Origin: Octopus sinensis
Lineage: Eukaryota
NCBI RefSeq assembly: GCF_006345805.1
Contig: NC_043012.1
Location: 56,172,001-56,236,000 of the forward strand
Direction: 5' to 3'
Length of the DNA: 64,000 nucleotides
Both the position numbers and the translations under genes were made by a program. Below the pieces are notes generated by a model. That model did no database searches and was not told the origin of the DNA. It saw only the letters and a list, made by a program, of their open reading frames with translations. This document shows positions 13,754-27,222 of this stretch, piece by piece; the first letter of the stretch is position 1; each line of letters opens with the position of its first letter.

Positions 13754-14800
13754 TAATAATGATAAAACATAGTTCTGTTCTCTGAACAGCAGACTGTGAT
13801 GCTAATATCATTGCAACAGCAGGACTGTGGTAGAGCCTATCTTTTCTATCTTGACCTTATAAAGGGTTCCGAAATGAAATATGGTGCCCTTAGCCTTTGG
13901 GGATTTACATCAAAGTGCAAGGATATAGAGACACTGTATGAGATTGATGCAAGTTAGTGCAGACAATGGATAGAAGTCAAGCAAGGAGATATGACAAAAA
14001 AGAAGGGAAAAGTCATGAAATAGACATATAAATGTGTGTGTATGTGTGTATCTCTTATTTACTTATTTCAGTCATTGAACTGTGGCCATGCTGGGGCACC
14101 ACCTTGAAAGCTTTAGTATTTTATTATTTAGTTCCAGTACTTATTTTAAAAAGTAAGTACTAGTACTTATTCTATAACAGCCGCTTTTGCTGAACCACGA
14201 AGTCACAGGGATATAAACAAACTGTCAAGCAGTGAGGTGGGGGTGACAAAGGCAGACACATGCAACAGGCTTCCACACAGTTTTTATCTACCAAATCCAC
14301 TCACAAGCATTGGTTGGCCCAGGGTTATAGTAATAGACACTTGCCCAAGGTGCTGCTGTGCTGTGGGTCCAAACCTGAAATCACATGATTGCAAAGGGAG
14401 CTTCATATATTTGTTTTTTATTAGTCTAACTCAGTGCAGTAAGACCATGATGGAGCACTGTTTCAAATATATATTAGATCAATCTCCCATTTTATCAACA
14501 TTTGAAGGATGACAGAGTGGCTGTGCATGCATGTACACACACACACACATGTACATGCACTCACACACAGGAGCCTGATGGCTTATTTTTTCATCCTTGG
14601 TTGGAACTGCTTTGTATATCATATTTTACTTGTTTCAGTCAGTTAGACTGTGGCTATGCTGGTTTACCACCTTGAACTTTTAGTGAAAGGAATTGACCCC
14701 AAGACTTGTCCTGTCTTGCTGAAACACTAAGTTATGGGGACATAAACACAGCAACACTGGTCATCAAGCAGTTATGGGGGTCAAACAAAGACATACATAC

Positions 14801-14836
<36 letters not shown>

Positions 14837-15761
14837 GATGGGTTTCTTTCAATTTCCACCTTCCAAATTCACTCACAAGCCTTTGGTTGGCCTGAGGCTT
14901 TAATAGAAGATGCTTTCCCTAGGTGCCATGCTGTGGGACTGGACTCAGAACTATGTGGTTGGGAAGCAAAGCAAGCTTCTTACCACACAGCTATGCCTGT
15001 GCCTGTGTATATTCCTGGAAAATCAAGAATAAATGCAACTATAAATTCCCACCCATCTCCTCCTAGGCATCTGAGATTTCATCATTACTCATATATATGC
15101 ATGTTTGTGTGTGTGTGTGTGTGCCTATGTGCCTGTATGTACATGTGATTTATATTTAGATTTATTTAGCTGGTAAATAATGTGAGATGTGGCAAAAATG
15201 TGTTTTCCATGAATTTTTAATTATGGTTTATTTTCGTTTTCTTTCCATTTCCTGTGTGTTGAACAGGGGTCTGTTGATTTATAGGTGAGTTAGTGTTACA
15301 ATGTTTAAATCGTGAAGCATTAGAAAACTAAATAGAATCAAATAGGCAGTGAAGAAAAAAAGATCAGTATTTGTGAGTGGCTACCATTATTTTTATTTTC
15401 CCCTCCAGCAAGCAGGAGAAGCTATTTTGAGCATGTTTTGGACTTATTCTGACCCCACCAACAAAGCAAAAACTTTAGTGTTATAGTGAAAGACTCTATA
15501 AGTTTGTGTACAGGATTGTATATTTTTTGTTGTGAGAAAATAAAATTGCCTAGGAAGTAAATAATTCAAGGTAAGAAGATTGCTTCCCAACCACATGGTT
15601 CAGGGTTCAGTCCCACTGCGCGACACCTTGGGTATGTGTCTTCTATAGCCTTGGGTCAACCAAAGCCTTGTGAGTGAATTTGGTTGACAGAAACTGAAAG
15701 ATGCCCATTGTGTGTGAGTGTGATTGAGTGTGTGTATGTGTGTCTGTCTGTCTGAATGTAT

Positions 15762-16276
15762 AATGATGATGGCTGCCCCTTCGTTATCGATTATGGCCAT
15801 TGCATGAAGCTTAACTGTTATTGGTGCTGTGATCGAATGTGACTTTTTAGCCCAGCTAAAGATCTACAATGTCTTGTACAGAATTGGCAGCTAAAACCTT
15901 TACTGGTAATAGCCGGCTGTAGTTGTAACTGGGCATCATGTACCTTTGCATGTTGTTTAAGTCCTGCCGAATTGCACTCTCTTCCACATGCCTGACAGAT
16001 ATGATTAGTATGGTGTGTAACACCACCACCAGTGGCCAGGTTGTCACTCATCTGTCTCGCTTTATGACTACAAAGATGACTCTTGAGTCCAGCTTTACTG
16101 AGGCAGGGTCTTGCACAGACACTGCATGTGAGCATCATAGGAAGCCCCTTCCCATCTGGAAGTGTAACAGCAATGCCCTTCCTTATATCCCTCCTTACTT
16201 TCTCATGCGCAACTCGAGATTTCTCAAAAGTAGCTGTCCCCACGTGCACAATCCTGCTACGATCAGTAGCTATGCC
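15762..16276 (-). mobile_element. RTE-type LINE 3' fragment ending in three C2H2-like zinc fingers, inserted in a SINE microsatellite
   Basis: DRSRIVHVGTATFEKSR...RRDIRK followed by CSVC..H..H, CQAC..H..H, CQFC..H..H; short 3' UTR ending GGGGCAGCCATCATCAT. Confidence 0.75.
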
Positions 16277-16301
16277 TGTATAATACATACATACATACAC
16301 A

Positions 16302-16335
<34 letters not shown>

Positions 16336-17938
16336 GTGTTTGTCCCCCACCATTGCTTGACAACTGGTTTTGGTGGGTTTACATCCCTGTAACTTAGCAG
16401 TGCAACAAAAGTGACCATTAGCATAAGTACCAGCCTTAAAAGACAAAAAGTCCTGCAATCAATTCATTTGAGTAAAACCTTTCAAAACAGTGCCCCAGCA
16501 TGGCCACAATCAAATGACTGAAACCAGTAAAAGAATAAAAAGAAAAAAGATAGAAGAAATAGTTAAGGCATATTTAAAGCTTGAAGTGTTAAAAAGTTTA
16601 CCAGAATTAAATATGCAGTGAGGAAATGCAGCATTAGTGTCAATGATTTGTGAATGTTTTGTTTGTGCAAATATCTCACAGCTTTGGTAGTTTAGATATA
16701 TTGAAATGAGAAGGTTGGTTTAATTTAGTTTAGTTTGGTTTAGCATAGCATTCGTTATTTCCTGCCATTAATTAACATTCTGCTCACAACCATTTTATCT
16801 TTATTGTGAGCCAGGCTCTCCTAAATTTTAGACATTTATAAACATGTGACTGCCATTTTAAACATAACTATAATTGAGTTTGTTGAAGGAGGAGATATAT
16901 TGATTATGTTGAAAGACTTGTATAGAAACCCACTTATCTGACTTGAAAATATTCCATTCCCTCTGTGAGTGTTCTCTACATCAGTTATCCAGGTATCTTC
17001 TTCCAAATGATAAGTTTATCATACATTTTTTTCTCTCCCCCTGTCTAGCCATTATCTTGTATATCTATATCTTTGGATATTAAGCTTTGTGTGTGTGTGT
17101 GTGTAACCCTAAATCATATCTCCAAAACTTTTCTTGATATGAAGGCACCTCTCTCACTCAGTCAGCTGTCATGTCATCTAAGTTGTTCCATTTTTGGCTG
17201 CACACTAAAAATATATTCTTTATCTAATGAACTTTATGATAGCAACGAAAGACTGTTATACCAATAATACTCCTGTCTTCAATTATTACACTTTCAACCA
17301 GCCTAGCATCAAAACAAATTCAACTTTTATTACCAGACAAAATTCCTTCCTATTTATATTTTAAAATACAAAAAATTGTTTTTCAAAACTTTTTTTCTTT
17401 GTATTGCTTTCTTTTTCCTTGTAATTGGATGCCTGTAAACATTGGGTATTTGTGAGTCTCTCACCATTATCTTAAATCTGTTTCCTATGTAGGCATGGGT
17501 TGGACAGGTTGTGTGTTTTTGGGTTTTTTTCAGCAGTGTCATTCTTTATGGATTTGTCTCGTCTCATTTCCATTTTGAGATTCATCCTCCTGAGATCAAC
17601 CTTCACCACTTCTTACCACATCTTCTTTGGTCTTCTTCTACAGGATCTTTCATCTTCGATTGTTTGGCACTCCTTTCCCCAATCGTTATCCTTCATGTAC
17701 AACATACATCCATACCAACACAATATTGCACACTATGACTGAGTCCTCTGAAGTCCTGTTTTTTGTTTCCCTTCATCTCAAATATTTTTTTTAATTGAAA
17801 GTGGTTACTCACGTGGATATGCATATTCTTTGCAAAGAAAAAGGAAATTTGCATGCAAGCAATCACAGCAAAAACCTAGAGAGAACATTGCATAAGCTGT
17901 TCCCATTATGAACATTATTGTTATTATTATCATTATTA

Positions 17939-18395
17939 TTGAGTGAGAGAGCAGTGCATGCCATCAACGTGACTCTGGGGTACAAATATATGAAGCCCAA
18001 TATACCCATCATGAGAACTCGTCTAAGGGTACACCAAGCATGTGTATCACAACCATATGTGCGTGACATGGTGATTTCATATCAAAATAAACAGCATATG
18101 ACCTTGGAGGTGGGGCCCAGTTAGAATTTCCTTCAGCTTGAGTAGCCCATCCCGCTCAAAAGGTCCCTGAATAAGGGTTGTTTAAGGATGTTAAATGAAA
18201 TGCCCATGTTTCCAGAGGTAAATTATTCAAACTCCAAAGAGTTCCTCTCAGCACATGGCAATTACTATTACTGCTATTGATCAGAGATGCACATATCATC
18301 AGCCACCAAGGGACATGCTCAACTGGTTACGGTCAAACAAATGACAAGCAAATCTATGGTATTGAGCAGAACATTTACTGTAGCCCATCTTTTAT
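17939..18395 (-). repeat. 560-bp family, truncated copy 2
   Basis: Starts TTGAGTGAGAGAGCAGTGCATGCCATC after (ATT)n; colinear with 901-1360. Confidence 0.85.
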
Positions 18396-18857
18396 CATTA
18401 GCAGCATCAGCTCATCTACGCTTCATCATTCATACATATTTACATTACATGTCCATCGGAGCCCACTCATCTCACTTCTTTCCAGCCTGCCATCATCCTC
18501 CACTTTCAGTCCCCAGATCCCACTACCATGCAATATTACATTTTGTATGCAAACATCATATTTATCCCTTCACTTAAAGAAGGAATCCTTTTATTACCAA
18601 CAGAAGTAGTTGTTCTCTGAACTTTTTTCCACTCTTACTCTAACTACTAACCCTTTGTGAAACCCACCTAGATAATTAGATCACCTGTGTAACAGAAGCT
18701 CTGTGTGTGTGTGTGTGTGTGCGTGTGTGTGTGTGTGTGTGTGTATGTGTGTGTGAATATGTATATAGTCATATGCATATGTTTAATAAACATATTTAAG
18801 TCTTGCTGTGCAAATAGGTATCCCGTGGTTAAATAAAACATTTTATATCATATCATA

Positions 18858-19255
18858 TCTTTATATATAAAAGTAAGGTTGTGTGCTGTCTGTCTCCTAC
18901 GATTTAGATTCCTAACTACTCCCACATTTTGCGGTGCAGTTTAACCAAAACCGGGTATCTTATAGTCGTGATTCATATCGAGCCCTTCTGGGTATTAGCG
19001 CGCGTCTACGATGAGTCTACGATTTAAAAAAAATTTACCATCAATTTTTCCCATTTTTAATGCATTTTTGGCATATATAAGGGAAGTAACTCTCTAAAAA
19101 TTTATTATTAAATCTCAGAACGTAAAAAGCTACAGTAACACCCCCCCCCCTTTGTGGTTAGCCATATTGAGATGGCTATTATACTTTACATCTCTAAAAA
19201 TGCTTATATAGTTATTTCCCTTACAAACCCGAGCAACGCCGGGCGATACTGCTAG
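18858..19255 (+). mobile_element. Non-autonomous Helitron, copy 1
   Basis: A|TC 5' end, subterminal hairpin CCCGAGCAACGCCGGG, CTAG|T 3' end, no TSD. Confidence 0.88.
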
Positions 19256-19971
19256 TAATTTTATATAACATTCACATCTATAAACAGAGGAAAGTTTCAG
19301 TTGAATGTGGGTTATGTCTGATGTACTACTTTAATAGTGAAAGCACATAGAATTTGTATACAATTTACATTGCAATGATCCCATTGACTTTATTACCATA
19401 TATATATGGGTCAACAAAATAAGTACCAGTTGAGCACTGAGGTTAACGTTATAGATTTGCACCGTCCCCTGAAATTGCTGGCCTTGTGCCAAAGTATGAA
19501 ACCACTATTACGCTCTTGATAAAATTCAGTATTCAGTAGTTGTTGGTTGACCCTGGGGTCAATCCTGATCAAGGTGACCTGAAATCAATGTATCAGTGTT
19601 ACCTCTAAGCTGTGTGCTTGTATATGCACATGTTCTACAACTAGTGTATAAAGCATAAAGTGTGCATGCACATGGTTTTCAAGTTGAAATCATTTTTTTT
19701 AATTGATCGTGGTTACTTGCATGGATGCACATATACTTTGTATAGGAGAAAATTTGCACATATAGCAAAAACCTAAGGAGAACACTGCTTATTTTCATCA
19801 AAAGTATTCCAGTTATGAACATTTATTTTTATTATTATTATATTATTGTTGTTATTTTTTCCTTCTTTCTTCTAATTTTCTTCCGTTTCTCACTGAGTGT
19901 TTTATTTACACATACTGCAGAGAAGCTCATTGTATGCATTCCCAGATTACACACTCAAATTCACAGATAAA

Positions 19972-19992
19972 TTATTATTATTATTATTATTA

Positions 19993-20026
<34 letters not shown>

Positions 20027-20073
20027 CGTTATTATTGTTGTTGTTGTTGTTATTATTATTATTGTTATTATTA
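19972..20073. repeat. (TTA)n/(TTG)n microsatellite
   Basis: Direct inspection. Confidence 0.95.
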
Positions 20074-20782
20074 AAACAGCAAGCTGGCATAATTGTTAGT
20101 AGACCAGACAAAATGCTACTAAGCAGTTTGTTCGTCTTTATGTTCTGAGTTCAAATGTTGCCATGGCCGAATTTGCCTTTCGTCCTTTTAGGGTCAGTGA
20201 AATAAGTACCAGTCAAGCGATGGGGTGAATGTAATTGGCTAACCCCCTCCCTTAAAAAATTTCAGGCCTTGTACCTTTAGTAGAAAAGATTATTGTTGTT
20301 GTATATCAGGCATTATATTGTCCAGTGTATCATTCCTTGTTTAAGACAATAGGATTTAATTTGAGGAAAATTTGAGTCCTATTTCATGGAAGTCAAGCAA
20401 ACATACACAGGTTCCCTCATTTACACATTTGGAGACCAACTGTTATTGTTGTCAGCCCTAATCAGAGTTCAGATTAAAGGCATTCTAACCATGGCCATCT
20501 CTTCTTTTGAGAGATATTTTCCAAGTATGCCCCTTTTTATTTTTTATGAAGTCAGTAGGATGTGAGTTGAAAGAGGATTCACTGCTATTTCTTGCAAAGT
20601 AAGCAACTTTATTTTCTTTGGCTCGTCTTAGATGCAATCTTTATTTCCTGTGTTTTTAACTTTACAGAAAGGCATGAATGCCACAAGTACTTGTCCTCCC
20701 ATCCCACTTTTAACTTTAGTGCTTTCTAAACTTACCCAGAAATTAGTTAAATAATTAAGATCTAAACAAAAATATGCATGTG

Positions 20783-20838
<56 letters not shown>

Positions 20839-22305
20839 TGTGTGTGTGAACATTCTCATCGTAAGCCATTCAGATGTTCAGAATTTAAATTGTAATGCTA
20901 TGAAAATGACGCTATATTTGCATTTGGCTTAATTTATTCTGAAAGAAAACCTGTCTGGCAGGATTATCTGTTAAGCTACCCTCAGTGGCTTAAATCTATA
21001 AATATATTGATCATGACCCTATGTAAATGGAAGAAATGCCATCTAATTGTTTAAAAAGTGCAGGTGGAATTTTTCTATAAGTTATGCCAAAAGCTTCAAT
21101 TAGAAATTGGAATCTAGGCTTGGTAAGACAATGATTAATGGTAATCATGAATGTTTCTACCTCAAGGAGAAAGCCAAGCATTATGGGAGGAAAGGGCAAG
21201 TTGATTACATCAATCCTAGTACTTGACTGGTACTTTATTTTATCGACCCTGAAAGGATGAAAGGCAAAGTTGACCTTTGTAAGTGGAATGGATACTGCTA
21301 GACATTCTTTCCAGTACTCTATTTGGCTAAACCACCACTCTTAAAACAAGAACAGCAACAACAATAATGAAATGTTTCTCATATAGGCCTGAAAATTTTG
21401 TGGGAGGCAGATAGTTGATTATATTGACCCCTGTAGTACTCAAATGGGGCTTATTTTATCAATCCCCACAAAAATGAAAAGGAAAGTCAACATTGGTGGA
21501 ATTTGAACTCAGAATGTCAAGTACATTGACCTTAGTATTTGTCTGGTACTTTATTTTATTGTATCTCATATATTTCTTTTGCCACATTTATCACTGACAA
21601 AGAGAGGGTTCTTACGAACTAACCCTGAAAATCGGTCCGATATGGTAATAAAGGAATTTTTTAGAGATTTCTGTCGGCTTTTTTTCGAGTAGCGTGCATA
21701 TTGTGAAAAATTATATGGTAATGGACAATATGTCCATTTTCGGCGTATTTGGCATTACAAATTTTTACGTTTGCCCTTATTTATAAGTTGTATATATATA
21801 TATATATATATACATATATACGACAGGCTTCTTTGAGTTTCTGTCTACCAAATCCACTCATAAGGCTTTGGTTGGCCCGAAGCTATAGTAGAAGACACTT
21901 GCCCAAGGTGCCACGCAGTGGGACTGAACCCAGAACCATGTGGTTCATAAGCAAGCTACTTACTTATTTCAATCTTTTTTTTTTTTATGTTTTACGTAAT
22001 TAAATATTGAACCAACCATGTTTAATTAACCAAACATTTTTTATTATCTGAAAGTGCTGATTACTGCCAACCGAAATTGCCTAACCTGTTTGTACTACAT
22101 AGAACAAGACTATCCCTGCAATCTGCAAGATCAGTGTTTCTCAAATGGGCCCACATAACCCCTGAGGGTCCATATATGATTTTTGGAGATCCACATAAGC
22201 AAAATAGAAAATTGGGTTTCAGTGTTATTTTAAAAGTGCATCAAAAGATTTTGCTATAAGTGTATTTATAGCAAGAAACAGGTTTCTTTCTGTAACATTT
22301 TACAT

Positions 22306-22416
22306 AGTTACGGCCATATCACATTGAAAGCACTGGTTCTCATCCGATAACCGAAGTTAAGCCTAACTAGTACTTAGATGGGTGACCACTTGGGAAGCTT
22401 AGGTGCTGTAAGCATT
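22306..22416 (+). pseudogene. 5S rRNA pseudogene with an internal deletion of about 9-10 nt
   Basis: TTACGGCCATATCACATTGAAAGCACTGGTTCTCATCCGATAACCGAAGTTAAGC...TAGTACTTAGATGGGTGACCACTTGGGAA...GGTGCTGTAAGCATT is colinear with invertebrate 5S; box A and box C present, the segment between them shortened; single copy. Confidence 0.9.
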
Positions 22417-22423
22417 AATCATT

Positions 22424-22810
22424 AGGCACAAGAGTGACTTTGTGGTAAGTAGCTTGCTTACCAACCACATGGTTCCGGGTTCATTCCCACTGCATGGCAC
22501 CTTGGGCAAGTGTCTTTTACTATAGCCTCGGGTCGACCAAAACCTTGTCAGTGGATTTGGTAGACAGAAACTGAAAGAAGCCCGTTGTATATATATGTAT
22601 GTGTGTGTCTGTGTTTGTCCCCCAACGTCGCTTGTCAACCAATGGTGTGTTTACATCCCCGTAACTTGGCAGTTCAGCAAAAGAGACCGATAGAATAAGT
22701 ACTAGGCTTATAAAGAATAAATCCTGAGGTCGATTTACGCGACTAAAGGTGGTGCTCCAGCATGGCCGCAGTCAAATGACTGAAACAAGTAAAAGAGTAA
22801 AGAGAGAGAG
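22424..22810 (+). mobile_element. SINE family 1
   Basis: Full-length match to the 3232 copy. Confidence 0.85.
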
Positions 22811-25413
22811 AGTTAAGCTACATGAGTGAATGTGTGATAAACAAAATAGTAGTTTTGAGAGAAGTATCTAAAGAATTAGTTTTTAAACATCAAATGGCTA
22901 TGGGAGGTGTCCACCAGAGTAGAATAGTAACTAAAGGGGTTCATAAATAAAAATGATTGCAAACCACTTTGCTAGATAGTTAAACTGCTAGAAATAGCAG
23001 CCAAATAATCCCTCAAGTTATACTTTACCATTAAAAAACAGAAATCCATATTGGATAATATAACTCTCAGTATATAGAAAAGAATGAATGGTCACAGCTG
23101 GAATGCATTTCACAATATCTCTGTTCAGTCAGAGCTAACCTAGGGCTAAATAACAACATCCCTACTCTTTATTTATTTATTTATTTATTGTGTGTGTGTT
23201 TTGAGTATTGCTTTTTATTATCAATTGATTTGAATCATTTTTACCTTCTTTTACTCACCTCCGTCTTTAACTGCAGCCATGCTGGGGGCACCATCTCGAA
23301 GGCTCTAAAGGGTTTACTGAAATAAATCGATCCCAGTATTTATCTCTTTAAACCTGGTACTTATTCTGCCAGTGTCTTTTGCTGAACTGCAAAGTTATAG
23401 GAACATAAACAAACCAATGCTGGTTGTCAGATGGTGATGGGGTACAAACACACATACACACACCACACACATGTGTGTATTTTTGTAATATAGACATCAT
23501 CCTATCTAACTTATTATGTTATCAAAAAATATAACAACCATATATATATATATATATGATATTTACCATGTGAACTACACTGAAAAAAATATGAGAAAGA
23601 TATAGTATATCATTTTTTTTGTGCAGGGGTTCCTTGAGACATATAATTCATTTTAAGGGTTATGCAAGGGTAAAAAGGTTGAGAAACACTGCTTCAAAGT
23701 GTTGCCCCAGCATGGCTATAGTTCAGTGGCTGAAACAAATAAAAAAAAAAAAAAGAGAATATGTTCAGCAGCCATTCATTGCATTACACATTCATATGTA
23801 ATGCTCTTCCAATTATCATGGTATTTAAGGATTCCAGCATCTTTGTGCTCACAGCTTGGATGATAACTTTAATTCAAGACCTCCTCTCATCCTTTTCTCC
23901 TGAACACATTCAAACACTTTCTGGGCTGTTTCCCAATTTATCAACATATTTTTACTTTCTACCATACATCATCCAACGGGCTAGGCAAACTTGTATCTTT
24001 CCTCTTAAAAATTCTTCTCATTTCTCTCTTATTTCTCATTGTACTTTTACCATCAGTATTACTTGCTTACTTACTGTGTCTGTCTGTCTACTGAGATGTT
24101 CTGTAAGCTGTCTAGTTCTAGCTCTTTTTCAGCTCTAGAATAACTACTTAAGTATTTACTAATTATGTTCGTTAAAGATGCCATTATAGCATCTTTAACA
24201 CCTGTACCATAAAAAGCAGCAGTGAAGATTTTGCATCAATTATCTTTAATCTTCTTTATCTCTCTCTCTCTCTCTCTCGCTCTCTATAGTCAATCCTTCT
24301 TATACTTAATTCTCTTAGAAGAGTCATTGTGAGGTGTCTTCTCTCAACATTAGAATCATTCTAAAACTTTTCTGTTCACCTAGTTCTTATCATCCATCAT
24401 CTTAGACTGTGTAAATAAATGTAAGTAGTTAATGATCATTGAATGATTTATAACTTGAGTAAGTGGGTCATTCTGTACTTTTATTGTTAAACTTCTGACT
24501 ACAAGAGGAAGACTGATGCTTATTAATGCTACAACTATCACTATATGCATATTTTTAAAGTCCAATACGTGCCTATAATGCTAACATTTGGATTAAAACT
24601 AATGTTTTTTCACAAATCACTGTGATTTATGATACAGCACGTTGATCATTCTAATAGTTATATTGCATTGAAATAATTTGTACTTTATACTTTCAAAATA
24701 CAAAACCTTCATAATTTCATAGCTTTTACTTACAGTGTCTTTTATCTCTAACATTTTATTTTCTTTTTTATAAATCATTAAATCACTGATGAGTGTTGTT
24801 GTTGTTATTGCTTAGTCCCTAGTCAACCTGTCTTTTTCGTTTTTTCTTGAAATGTGTATTAAAAATTTCATACAGCATTTCTTTTTCAAGACATGAAGAC
24901 ATGATTTGAGGGAGATTTGACTGTTATTTCTTGTAGAATGAGCAACTGCTTGTGATTTTATCATTAGCTTGTAGAAGGTTCCTCATTAAGATGATTTCAT
25001 TAAAAGAAATTACTTCTCTAATTTTTAAAGTCTATTACTGATAAAATCACTTCTTTTGCAAAACATTGAATTAAATATTCTTTGAGCCAAAAAGGAACCA
25101 TTACAGAGTGCTGAACCTACTAGAATTAGCAGCTAAATTTCCTTCAAATCACAATCTACTGTTTTAAAAGGGGAAGGTATCCTTCCCCCACTTTTTTTTT
25201 TTTCCTTTTTTGCATGTGCATATGTATGCATGTATTTGTGTCTTTGTCCATGTGTATGACTCTGCATGTGTTTTCAGACATGATGTGTGACAGACAATAT
25301 GGTCATAGCTAGAATGTTTTTGACCATAAGCCTGCTTAATCTGGGCTAACACGTATACACTCATACACAAACTCTCTCTCTCTCTCACACACACACGTGC
25401 ATGTATAGACAAT

Positions 25414-25652
25414 GAGCTTCCATGCCTTTCTTATTTCTTTATTGCCCACAAGGGGCTAAACATAGAGGGGATAAACAAGGACAGACAAAGGGATTAAGTC
25501 GATGAGATCAACCCCAGTGTGTAACCGGTACTTAATTTATTGACTCCAAAAGGATGAAAGGCAAAGTCAACCACAGCGGAATTTGAACTCCTAACGAAAT
25601 ACCGCTAAGCATTTCGCCCGGTGTGCTAATGATTCTGCCAACTGACCGCCTT
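25414..25652 (-). mobile_element. SINE family 2
   Basis: Reverse-complement full copy. Confidence 0.82.
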
Positions 25653-26569
25653 TCTGCCTTTTATGCCTTTCTGTCTACCAAAATGTACTATAAGGTCTAA
25701 GTCAAACTAAGTCTATATAGAAAACATTTGCCCAAGATGTGATGATGTGCTTCAGAGCAAACTTGTTAACCATACAGTTGTAAAGGGAATATGACCAAAA
25801 TAAATAAGAGACAGAAGAACCAAGTGAAAGGAGTTCTTAGAACTCTTGACTTCTTTGTATTAGTGACAAAAATGTTTCATGGTTTCTGTGCAGAGGGCAG
25901 AGACAGCATGAGGTCAGAGTAAGAAATATGATATTGTAGGTTCTGAGTGCAGAAGAACTGGTGTGATTAGAAAATAATATTCACTTTGGTCTTTTGCAAG
26001 ATCTATTACAATTTATATGAAACTCTTTCTCTCTCTTTCTCTAAGAACATTTAGTTGATGTTAGCCCCAAGTTAGTCCTGAATGAAGTAGGCTTACGATC
26101 AAAGGCATAGCTATGTGGTTACGACGTTTGCCTCCCATGTTTTGGGATTAAGTCCCACTGTGCAATATCTTGGATAAATGTCACCAACAGAAGCCTCGTG
26201 AATGGATTTGGTATACGGATATTGAAAGAAGCCCATCATATAATAAGCATTTATGTATGTGTGAGCTTTTGTTTGTTTACATTTGCAACTTTATAACAGT
26301 TGCTACTGGCTGTGTTATTTTAATTTCTCCTATCAACTTGTCTGATTGCTTTGTGTCTTTGTACATATGTGAAATAAGAGATTTCTTACTTAAAAACATA
26401 TAAGGATTAAGTAGAGGAAGGACATCTGGCTTCAATAATGAATTCACCTAACCTATGCATACATAGGAAAATGGATGTAAAATGAATGGTCATTCTGCAC
26501 CCCTAAATTGATGATTACTTTTTAGTGTGTGTAGTTATGATCCTCCTCAGTTAAGCATACAATATATCG

Positions 26570-27222
26570 CAGTGGTTCTCAATCAGGGTCCATCTGGTCC
26601 TTGTGGGGTCCATATAAGATTTTGTTGTTGAAACTTATACTCTTTTACTTGTTTCAGTCATTTGACTGTGGCCATGCTGGAGCACTGCCTTTAGTCGAGC
26701 AAATCGACCCCAAGACTTATTCTTTGTAAGCCTAGTACTTATTCTATCGGTCTCTTTTGCTGAACCACTAAGTTACGGGAGCGTAAACACACCAACATCG
26801 GTTGTCAAGCGATGTTGAGGGGACAAACACAGACACACACACACACATATATATATACATATACACGACAGACTTCTTTTCAGTTTCCGTCTACCAAATC
26901 CCCTCACAAGGCTTTGGTCGGCCCAAGACTATAGTAGAAGACACTTGCCCAAGGTGCCACACTGTGAGACTGAACACGGAACCATGTGGTTGGTAAGCAA
27001 GCTACTTACCACACAGCCACTCCTGCGCCTTATGTGCAATAAATTGTTTATACTTCTACAATACACAAAACACTTTTACAGTTTTCTTATAAAATTTCTA
27101 GTAATATAAAATTTAAAAAATATAACAAGGTTTCTTAAACATGGAATAGCTGTGAGGGTCCATCTGAGTAAGATAGGAATCAAAGGTTTCCATAGGTAAA
27201 AAAATATGGTTGAGAACCATTG
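26570..27222. mobile_element. hAT-like MITE (same family as 8287-8550) interrupted by a SINE
   Basis: TIR CAGTGGTTCTCAA...TTGAGAACCATTG; flanks ATATATCG/ATTTATCC (6 of 8 match); internal sequence parallels the 8.3-kb copy. Confidence 0.7.
26641..27030 (-). mobile_element. SINE family 1
   Basis: Full-length reverse-complement copy with A box TGGCTGTGTGG and B box. Confidence 0.88.

Larger units (their letters stand above)
22131..22968. mobile_element. Related hAT-like MITE carrying the 5S pseudogene and a SINE
   Basis: CAGTGTTTCTCAAA left end and decayed TGATTGCAAACCACT right end with GGGTCCAT/GTCCACCAGAGT subterminal motifs. Confidence 0.5.
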
